Below, piece after piece: positions 1 through 7,083 of a stretch of DNA of 64,000 bases. A program made the translations under genes and the position numbers. The first letter of the stretch is position 1. Each line of letters starts with the position of its first letter. Origin of the DNA: Hydrogenibacillus sp. (GTDB taxonomy: Bacteria > Bacillota > Bacilli > Thermicanales > DSM-22653); NCBI GenBank assembly GCA_014896255.1, contig JADBKT010000003.1:3660-67659 (forward strand), read 5' to 3'. Under the pieces are notes generated by a model. It worked only from the letters and a program-made list of their open reading frames with translations. It searched no databases and was not told the DNA's origin.

Positions 1-316
1 CGCGCACCGCCAGCGTTGACAGCGCCGCACCGTACGTCGCCGCGCCCTGGAGCGCGGGCGAGAGCGCGGGTGCATCGAACGGACGGGCGGACAGCGCCTG
101 CACGATGAACGCGCTTCCCGCGGGCTGGTCGAGCAGCGTATCGCGAAAGAACGCCTCGACGAACGCCTCGAGCCGGATACCCTCGCCCTCCGGATCGCTC
201 CGCAACCGTTCCAAGGCGTTCTGTACGCCGGCGTTGCGCTGGACGATGCGCTCACTGAAACGGTCGACGGCCATCTGCAGGAGGATGTTAAAATATTCCT
301 GTTCGTGCGGATGCAT
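1..316 (-). CDS. Hypothetical protein in the hydrogenase accessory cluster (C-terminus truncated by the window edge)
   Basis: Manual translation from ATG at 316 gives MHPHEQEYFNILLQMAVDRFSERIVQRNAGVQNALERLRSDPEGEGIRLEAFVEAFFRD..., open to base 1. A G-rich RBS lies upstream and the ORF is co-oriented with the huc operon. It is absent from the ORF track. Confidence 0.7.
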   Translation of the reverse strand, partial: MHPHEQEYFNILLQMAVDRFSERIVQRNAGVQNALERLRSDPEGEGIRLEAFVEAFFRDTLLDQPAGSAFIVQALSARPFDAPALSPALQGAATYGAALSTLAVR

Positions 317-376
317 CGCCCGCCCCCTATGGCTCCTCGTTGACTGCTCGTTGGCCCTTCTGGTCGCGATGAGACT

Positions 377-1651
377 TCATTGGACTTCTTGCTGCGCCTC
401 GCTTCGGCGCCGGGCGATCTCCCCGAGCGTCTCGGCGAGCGTCTCGGCGGCCTCACGATCGCCGTACGCTTCAAACGTGCGTTTAGCTTCCGTAAGCCGC
501 GGCACCGCCCGGGAGAAGGCCCCCAGATGGGCGAGCGCATTGCCCTGGTTGGCCAAGACGCGCGCCCGGCGAACGGGATCCCGCTGCACCTCCGGCAGGC
601 CGAGCACGTCTTCGTAGAGCGCCACCGCCTCCCACAGGTTGTCTTCGATGTGCGAAGACTTCACATGTTGAATGGCGTTGGCCAGATTGATCGTCGCGCT
701 GGCCCAGAGATCGGGATGCGTTTCTTTCGTGAAATGACGGAGCGCCTCGCGGAGCGATTGCACGGCCATGGCCGCTCTCAGCGCGTGCCGCTCCTCGTGC
801 ATCGGCATGGACAAGTAGGCGACGGCCAGATTCATGTGGGCCAAGGCAAACGCTTCCGGATGGCGATCCCGCCGGAGCACTTTCAACGCTTCGTGATAGC
901 AGCGGACGGCCTCCAACAGCTTCGACTTTTGCCCGCCGGCTTCGGCCTGGAGCGCGGATCCGAGCTCCAGCCAGATTTCCCCCCGCACGTCATGCATCGC
1001 CGTCGGTGCGAGCAGTTCGAGCGCCGTCCGGTACCCATCGATCGGAGACTGCACTGCCTCGGCCGCGCGCAGAGCCTCGGCATCGCCCGAAGCGCCGCCC
1101 GTACCGCTCACCGGCTGGACGGCGAGCGACTGCAACATCGCCGCCCGCTCGGCATAGAGGCGCGCGGCGAAGACCGGAGAGCACGCGTGGACGCTCCGCG
1201 CCGCTTCATAGAGCAGCGAGAGCGCCTTCGGCCAATCATGAGACGCCATCGCGGCATACGCATGGGTGGCGAGAAGAAAGGCCCGGACTTCGCCTTCCGT
1301 GCCCTCATGGGACGGCGGGTCGACCGGAAACTGCAGCCGCCAGGCGACCGCCTGAAGCAACCGGCGCATGTCGCCGTCCGCGACCGCCTCCGCCGCATGG
1401 AGCGTCTTTTCCTCCGGGTTCAAGACGAATCGGTTGAACCGGCCTTCCGGCGTGTCGGGGATGAGCGACCAGACGACCTCTTCCGGTTCTCCGGACAAAG
1501 CCGCTTGTAAAAAGCGCCAGGCTTCCGGCCACGGTTCCGGCATTTCGCCGTACAAAAGCCGCCGGAGGAGCGCTTCCGCCCCCGCCACTTCCGGAAGTAA
1601 AAAAAAGCCCGCCGCACCCGGGAATACGCCGATCGCCTGGGGTCTTTGCAT
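377..1651 (-). CDS. Tetratricopeptide-repeat protein, hydrogenase-associated
   Basis: Repeated TPR-like helices (EIWLELGSAL...LLEAVRCYHEAL; AHMNLAVAY; ATINLANA; VLANQGNALAHLG). RBS AAAGGAGG. Located in the hydrogenase operon. Confidence 0.8.
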   Translation of the reverse strand: MQRPQAIGVFPGAAGFFLLPEVAGAEALLRRLLYGEMPEPWPEAWRFLQAALSGEPEEVVWSLIPDTPEGRFNRFVLNPEEKTLHAAEAVADGDMRRLLQAVAWRLQFPVDPPSHEGTEGEVRAFLLATHAYAAMASHDWPKALSLLYEAARSVHACSPVFAARLYAERAAMLQSLAVQPVSGTGGASGDAEALRAAEAVQSPIDGYRTALELLAPTAMHDVRGEIWLELGSALQAEAGGQKSKLLEAVRCYHEALKVLRRDRHPEAFALAHMNLAVAYLSMPMHEERHALRAAMAVQSLREALRHFTKETHPDLWASATINLANAIQHVKSSHIEDNLWEAVALYEDVLGLPEVQRDPVRRARVLANQGNALAHLGAFSRAVPRLTEAKRTFEAYGDREAAETLAETLGEIARRRSEAQQEVQ

Positions 1652-1702
1652 CGATGGCCTCCTTTCGGATGTCCATCACGTCCGGATGTCCATCGCGGTC
1701 AG

Positions 1703-1993
1703 CTATGCGGGCTCGAGCGGAATGCAGAGCGCGCCCATCCGTTCGTCCCACCGGCCGCTGCGCTTCCCGACCGGGAGGCCCCCCGGCCGGTCGCGCAGGA
1801 GCTCCCCGACGTACAAGCTGCGGTCGCCCTGCCGGTTGATCTGCTTCAACAACAGCCCGCCGCTCGCCGCGCGCCGGACGGGCATGAGCCAGAGCTCCTC
1901 GCCGCGGACGAGGGCGATGACCGTGTTCGTCGGGAAGCGCGCCGCTTCATCCGCCGTCAAGTGCAGGTAACCTTTTTCCGTAAACTCGATCAC
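1703..1993 (-). CDS. Small hypothetical protein, hydrogenase accessory (96 aa)
   Basis: GTG start with an AGGGGA RBS, protein-like composition, and position between the maturation protease and the TPR gene. Confidence 0.7.
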   Translation of the reverse strand: MIEFTEKGYLHLTADEAARFPTNTVIALVRGEELWLMPVRRAASGGLLLKQINRQGDRSLYVGELLRDRPGGLPVGKRSGRWDERMGALCIPLEPA

Positions 1994-2078
1994 CCTTCAT
2001 CCCCTGCGCGCAACGGATTGGCAACGGACGGCTGTCGGGTCCACACGCGGAGCCGTCCTCGCCGAAGCGCGGGGCCCC

Positions 2079-2591
2079 TTATATCCCCGCTTTCCCTGAA
2101 GTCGCGTCCGAAAGCGATTCGCCCTGCGTGACGTTTTGCATGAGGCGTTCGGCGAGCCGTTCCATCGCCGCTTCGACCTCAGGGCTCAAGCCGAACCCGT
2201 AGTCGACGTCCTTCGCTTCGATCAGGTAAACCGTCACGTCTTCGGGGAATCGCTCTTTGAGCAGCCACCGCCCGACGGCGAGGGCATGATCCCAGCGAAA
2301 ATCGTGCAGGTTTACGCCGGCAAGCGGCGGCGTCTCGGCTTCCTCCCCCGGGAGCTCGAAGATCGTCCCCGGTTCGGCCCCGGTCCGGGCGGCGTCGACG
2401 ATGATCAGGCGCTTGGCATCTTGAATCTGAAACACGACGTCCAACCCGGCGGTGCCGCCGTCCGCCAGGCGGACGCCGGGCGGCGGCCCGAGCGCCCAGA
2501 GCTTCCGGATGAGCGTCGGGCCGACGCCGTCGTCGCGGCGGAGCAAGTTCCCGCAACCGATGATGAGCGTGGACACGTCGACTCCCCTCAT
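2079..2591 (-). CDS. hupD: Hydrogenase maturation endopeptidase (HupD/HybD family)
   Basis: N-terminal IIGCGNLLRRDDGVG, then DGGT, IIVDA and the H motif (NLHDFRWDH). ATG at 2591 overlaps the hucL stop (TGATG); GTG at 2576 is an alternative start. The track ORF extension to 2954 is shifted-frame hucL sequence. Confidence 0.9.
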   Translation of the reverse strand: MRGVDVSTLIIGCGNLLRRDDGVGPTLIRKLWALGPPPGVRLADGGTAGLDVVFQIQDAKRLIIVDAARTGAEPGTIFELPGEEAETPPLAGVNLHDFRWDHALAVGRWLLKERFPEDVTVYLIEAKDVDYGFGLSPEVEAAMERLAERLMQNVTQGESLSDATSGKAGI

Positions 2592-4219
2592 CAGAACTTC
2601 GTCACTTCGTACTTCGCGATCTCTTGCTTGGTCTTCGCGTCGTAGCGTGGACCGTGCAGACGAGGCACGAGTCGAGCTCTGCGCGATGCGGGCGAGCTCC
2701 ACCGGATCTTCGGGATTTCGATCGGCGTGCCGATCATCGCCGTCTCGATCGGCCCCCGCTGATCGTGGCGGTCGCGCGGACCGATGTTCCACGCCGTCGG
2801 CGTGATCACCTGATAGTTTTCGATCTTCCCGTCCTTGATCACGATCCAGTCGGACAGCGCCCGCGGCGGCTTCCGTCGATCCGAAGCCGCGCCCTTCCGA
2901 AGCTCCTTCGGCTTGATGTAGAACTTGTCGTTCAGGTCGATGCGCCGGAGCCACTCCTTGACGCGCAGATAGTACTTCGGCGCCTCGTGCATCCGGGCGA
3001 GGACGCGGACCATGACGCTCGGACCGATTTCCTTCACGATATTGTAGATGAGCGGATCATAGTCCTGGTGCGCTTCGGCGCCAGGCCGGCCGGCGATCAC
3101 CTGGCGCGCCAGCGGCCCCGCTTCCAGCGCGAGCTCGCCGACCCCGGGGACGTCGTAGCGGGGGGCTTTGGCCCACGTGTACTTGCCTTCTTTCGCCCCT
3201 TCCTCCGGATCGATCGGATCGGTGACGCCTTCGAACGGATGGAACGCGCCGCCGCCGCGGAAGAAGGAATGCGTATGATCTTCGCGCACGCGCGCCTGGT
3301 CGAAATCGTGGAAGTTCTCCCCGTCATACACGCCGGAACGGGCGATGAGCGCGCGGTTGCGCCCTTCGATCGTCGGGTAGCGGTACAGATCCGGTTCGAA
3401 GAAGCTACCCGTCGCGAGGAAGCGCCCCGGGCCGCGGCCGTATTGGTCGAGGCCGAGGTCCAAGCTGTAGCGGATAAAGAGGCCGAGGTCGGAATCGCGG
3501 TGTTCGGGCTTTTCCTCCAGCCAGTTGAGGACGTCTCTTCCACGTCTTGTTCTCCAGCCAGCGCTCCACCGAACAGCCGAGCCAGACTTTCTCCAGCCAG
3601 TATTCGCGGTAGTGCTCGAGGATGGAGATCGAGCGCGTGACGCGTCGGAAAGCGTCGGCGCGCACATCACGCCGCCGGGCACCATGAAGCTGGAGGTGGC
3701 CACTGGCCGCCGAAGATGGCGTAGATCTCGACCGGCTTGGCCGATTCGATGACGCCGATTTCGTAGCTCGTGCCCATAGGGCGCCCAGCGCTTCACGACT
3801 TCATCGTACAGCGGCGATTTCTTGTAGTTTTCATGGGTCAGGCCGATGGCAAAGAGCGCGTAAAACCAGCGCGGGATGCTCTGCAGCGTCTCCACCGCCT
3901 GCGCGATGTTCCGGACAAGCGTCGCGTTCGGCGGGACCTCCGTGCTCCAGGCGGTGTCTATGGCATAGACCGCCTTCGTCAAGTGGCTGCCCCCGCAGAT
4001 GCCGCAGATGCGCGGCGTGACGATGAGGCCGGCCTGCGGGTCTTTGCCTTTTAAGATGATCTCAAACCCGCGAAACATCGTCGCTTCCGTCCACGCATCG
4101 ACGACGACGCCGTTTTCGATGGACACGCGGACGTCCAAGTCCCCTTCGACCCGGCCGAGCGAGTGCACCTTGAGATCCTTCCGATCGATCGTCTTGACTT
4201 CGGACCCTTTTTGGCTCAT
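2591..4219 (-). CDS. hucL: [NiFe]-hydrogenase large subunit, group 2a (Huc/HupL type); contains four compensated frameshift segments as sequenced
   Basis: GRVEGD, L1 motif PRICGICGGSH, SSFMVPGGV, YTWAKAPRY, NYQVITPTAWN. The L2 motif DSCLVCTVH is encoded at 2647-2673 but in a shifted frame. A C-terminal extension follows it. Confidence 0.9.
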   Translation of the reverse strand: MSQKGSEVKTIDRKDLKVHSLGRVEGDLDVRVSIENGVVVDAWTEATMFRGFEIILKGKDPQAGLIVTPRICGICGGSHLTKAVYAIDTAWSTEVPPNATLVRNIAQAVETLQSIPRWFYALFAIGLTHENYKKSPLYDEVVKRWAPYGHELRNRRHRIGQAGRDLRHLRRPVATSSFMVPGGVMCAPTLSDASRARSPSSSTTANTGWRKSGSAVRWSAGWRTRRGRDVLNWLEEKPEHRDSDLGLFIRYSLDLGLDQYGRGPGRFLATGSFFEPDLYRYPTIEGRNRALIARSGVYDGENFHDFDQARVREDHTHSFFRGGGAFHPFEGVTDPIDPEEGAKEGKYTWAKAPRYDVPGVGELALEAGPLARQVIAGRPGAEAHQDYDPLIYNIVKEIGPSVMVRVLARMHEAPKYYLRVKEWLRRIDLNDKFYIKPKELRKGAASDRRKPPRALSDWIVIKDGKIENYQVITPTAWNIGPRDRHDQRGPIETAMIGTPIEIPKIRWSSPASRRARLVPRLHGPRYDAKTKQEIAKYEVTKF

Positions 4220-4303
4220 CGTTCTCCACCGCCTTTTCGTATCGTTCTGATGATGATCGTCCTGACGCGATCGCCGTGTGCCGGCATGACCACGCGGATG
4301 ACA

Positions 4304-5275
4304 TCAGGGCACGAACATCTCTTCTTTGGCCCACTTCGGCGCCGCCGCGCGCGACACCGCCGCGCTGATGGAGTAGCTCAAAGCGTCGACGCCCTGCGGC
4401 ACTTCCTTCGGGATCGAGCCCAGCACCTTCTGCGTCTTGAAGACCGTCCCCGGCGCGAGGTCGAAGAACGGGAACTGCGGTTCGGTGCACCCGATGCAGG
4501 GCATCCCGGAGCGCGTCTTCGACGATTGCCGGTTCCAGAGGATGCGGTTGCACGGAGAGTGCGTCAGCGGGCCGCGGCAGCCCTGTTCGTAGAACAGGCA
4601 GCCCTTGCGCGTGCCCTGTCCGAATTCTTCCACCGGCTCCTTCCATTCAAAATATTGCACTCGTGTGCAGCCGGTCTGCGTAAACGTCTTGAAGAACGTC
4701 TGCGGACGCTGCAGTTCATCGAGCTGGACGTCCTCCAGCCGGCCCGTGGCGACGGCCACGAGAATCTGCGTCACCCAATCGGGATGCGCCGGGCAGCCCG
4801 GAATGTTGATCACGGGGAGACCGGCCTTGGAGCGGAAGTTCTTCCCCAAAAACCCGCCGTGCTCGCCTTTTAAGTACTGCAGGCCGACCGACTCCGACGG
4901 ATTCGGCTTCGTCGCCGGGATGCCGCCCCAGCACGCGCAATCGCCGATGGCGACGACAAACTGCGCCTTGTGGGCCAGTTCCCAGATCCAATCTTTTTTC
5001 GGGCGATCGTGGAACATGTCGTAGCGCCCGGTGCCGTTCGGCCCCTGGATCACCGTGCCCTCGAAGACGAAGATGTCGAGCGGGATCTCGTCGTTTAGGA
5101 TCTGATGCACCAGGCGGTGGACCTGCTCGCCGAACTCCATGGAGATGGAGTGGTGATACAGGATGTTGATGCCGAAGTCGCGCACCAGGTCGATCACCGA
5201 AGGCTCATCCGCGTTCAGGAACGACTGCGTGTTGCCGTTACACGCGCCCCCGTGCATCCAGAGGAGATTGGCCAT
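4304..5275 (-). CDS. hucS: [NiFe]-hydrogenase small subunit, group 2a (no Tat signal)
   Basis: Starts MANLLWMHGGACNGNTQS after a GGAGGTG RBS. Motifs GDCACWGG, PGCPAHP, QTGCTR, GCLF..GCRGP, SPCN..PCIGCTEP. Confidence 0.93.
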   Translation of the reverse strand: MANLLWMHGGACNGNTQSFLNADEPSVIDLVRDFGINILYHHSISMEFGEQVHRLVHQILNDEIPLDIFVFEGTVIQGPNGTGRYDMFHDRPKKDWIWELAHKAQFVVAIGDCACWGGIPATKPNPSESVGLQYLKGEHGGFLGKNFRSKAGLPVINIPGCPAHPDWVTQILVAVATGRLEDVQLDELQRPQTFFKTFTQTGCTRVQYFEWKEPVEEFGQGTRKGCLFYEQGCRGPLTHSPCNRILWNRQSSKTRSGMPCIGCTEPQFPFFDLAPGTVFKTQKVLGSIPKEVPQGVDALSYSISAAVSRAAAPKWAKEEMFVP

Positions 5276-5319
5276 ATACCCCGCACCTCCGTCACATGGC
5301 TTGATGGATTTGGATGGAT

Positions 5320-5991
5320 TCATTTGACAAGGGCCTGGCGCGCCGCCTTGAGCCGCGCCACCCACGCGTCCATGCCCGAACCGGTGCGCGCGGACACTTC
5401 GAGGACGGGGATCCCCGGGCGCACGCGCTCCACGGCTTCGATGAAGCGCGCCCGGTCAAACCCGACCGCCTCCGCCAGGTCGATCTTCGTGATCACCGCG
5501 AGATCCGAACTGTTGATGAGCGTCGGGTATTTTTCCGGCTTGTCCTCGCCCTCGGTGACCGAAAAAAGGACGGCGCGCTCGTTTTCTCCGAGGTCATAGC
5601 TGGCCGGGCAGACGAGGTTGCCGACGTTTTCGATGAAGAGATAGTCGAGTTCCGCGAGATTCCATCCTTCGAGCGCTCGGGAGATCATCTCCGCCTCGAG
5701 GTGGCAGACGGTTCCCGTGGTGATCTGGCGTACCGAGGCCCCGCTTTCTTTCAGCCGCTCGGCGTCGTTGTCCGTCGCCAAGTCCCCGACGACCGCCGCC
5801 ACGCGGTAGGAACGGCCCAGCCGGCGGAGCAGTTCGGTGAGCGCCGTCGTCTTTCCCGCGCCGGGGCTGGAGACGAGGTTGACGACGTAGACGCCCGACC
5901 GTTGGAAGCGCTCCCGCAATTCGCGGGCCAAGACGTCGTTTTTCTTGAGCACGTTTTGCCGGACTTCGACGATGCGCGGGGTGATCGTCAC
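5320..5991 (-). CDS. hypB: Hydrogenase nickel incorporation GTPase HypB
   Basis: SSPGAGKTT P-loop, VCHLEA, ENVGNLVCPA, TKID. Confidence 0.95.
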   Translation of the reverse strand: MTITPRIVEVRQNVLKKNDVLARELRERFQRSGVYVVNLVSSPGAGKTTALTELLRRLGRSYRVAAVVGDLATDNDAERLKESGASVRQITTGTVCHLEAEMISRALEGWNLAELDYLFIENVGNLVCPASYDLGENERAVLFSVTEGEDKPEKYPTLINSSDLAVITKIDLAEAVGFDRARFIEAVERVRPGIPVLEVSARTGSGMDAWVARLKAARQALVK

Positions 5992-6021
5992 CGCCTTCGA
6001 CCGCCCTTCCGATTATGGTCC

Positions 6022-6375
6022 TTACGCCTCCTCGACCCCTTCCAGGGCGACGAGCTCGAGTTCCCGCCCGGCGCGGACGTCGCCCGATCGTGTGCCGCAT
6101 TCGGGGCAACGCATCGGGACGGGGGCATCCAGCGTCCGTTCCGCTTGACAAGACGGGCAGAAAATCGTCACCGGCACATCTTCGATGATGAGCGCCGCCC
6201 CTTGGGCCGGCGTGCCCTCCGTGACGACGTCGAAAGCGAACAATAGCGCCTCCTTGACGACGCCGGAGAGGGCGCCGATGCGCACGTGGAGCGCCGTCAG
6301 GCGGCGTAAGCCTTGTGCCTGGGCCGATTCGACGGCCAATTCGACGAGGTTCTGCGCGATCGACAGTTCATGCAT
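6022..6375 (-). CDS. hypA: Hydrogenase nickel metallochaperone HypA
   Basis: MHELSIA N-terminus, two CxxC motifs (CPSC, CPEC), GRELEL. Confidence 0.95.
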   Translation of the reverse strand: MHELSIAQNLVELAVESAQAQGLRRLTALHVRIGALSGVVKEALLFAFDVVTEGTPAQGAALIIEDVPVTIFCPSCQAERTLDAPVPMRCPECGTRSGDVRAGRELELVALEGVEEA

Positions 6376-6898
6376 CGGAAAGCTCGCGCGACAGGTGACG
6401 CGCCAGACTGAAGACGAAGTTGAGCGCCGGCTGCACCTCCGGATCGCTGAGCGCGCGCATGAGGCCGATCAGCCCGACGCGCCTCTGCACCGCCGACGGA
6501 TCGGCCGTCTCCTGGGCCGCGCGCGTCATCGCCCGGGCCACTTTGCCGACCATCGCCACCGAACGCGTATCGAGGACATCGGACTTAAACAGCGCCTGGA
6601 CCTGCGGCGAATCCAAAAACTCCTGCATCTTCCGGCCGGCATTGAGCGCCGTCTCGATTCGGGAAACGTAAGCCGGCGTCTTGAGTCCTGCCCTGAGGGT
6701 CTGGACCAATTCGTTGACCGAATCGGCCAGCTCCGGCCCCCGGGCCAGGAAAGATTCGAGCATGTCGACCAAAAATCCGATCGTCTCCAGCTTGTCGAGC
6801 AACCGGACGAGCTGTTCGATCGTCTTCGGGTCGGACAGCCGTTCCACCAGCACGCGATCGACCGGCATCTCCAGCTGGTCAAGCGCCGCATTCGCCAC
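6368..6898 (-). CDS. DUF1641 family protein (all-helical), first gene of the hydrogenase operon
   Basis: GTG start after an AAAGGAGG RBS. C-terminal GLIGLMRALSDPEVQPALNFVFSLAR is typical of DUF1641. The stop overlaps the hypA start. Confidence 0.75.
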   Translation of the reverse strand: MANAALDQLEMPVDRVLVERLSDPKTIEQLVRLLDKLETIGFLVDMLESFLARGPELADSVNELVQTLRAGLKTPAYVSRIETALNAGRKMQEFLDSPQVQALFKSDVLDTRSVAMVGKVARAMTRAAQETADPSAVQRRVGLIGLMRALSDPEVQPALNFVFSLARHLSRELSDA

Positions 6899-7028
6899 CG
6901 CGATCGACCTCCTTTCGCGAACATGATTGCCAGGCGGCTCACAAGATGCCCTAGGGGGTTCGTTTCATAACTTCTTACAAATTTTTTCTCATATAAATTT
7001 TCGAAACTCACCGCCCCGGTTAATTTTA

Positions 7029-7057
7029 ATTAAATGATAACGCTCCAAAACTGTCAA
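7029..7057 (-). promoter_or_regulatory. sigmaA-type promoter of the hydrogenase operon
   Basis: Minus strand TTGACA (7052-7057), 17 nt spacer, TTTAAT (7029-7034), inside a strongly AT-rich intergenic region. Confidence 0.7.
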
Positions 7058-7083
7058 GCGGTGAAAAATTCATTCTGAAATTC

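Noticed and set aside
2647-2673. Possible selenocysteine ([NiFeSe]) hydrogenase
   Set aside because: The L2 motif codons are TGC/TGC (Cys) with no in-frame TGA.
2592-2954. Apparent 120 aa N-terminal extension on the hydrogenase protease (track ORF 2079-2954)
   Set aside because: It is hucL sequence read in a shifted frame (it contains EGRGFGSTEAA and NPEDPVELARIAQS), not a fusion.
6921-6936. Possible sigma54 site TGGCAATCATGTTCGC upstream of DUF1641
   Set aside because: The GG-GC spacing is off by one base and the site is too close to the RBS. A good sigmaA promoter exists upstream.
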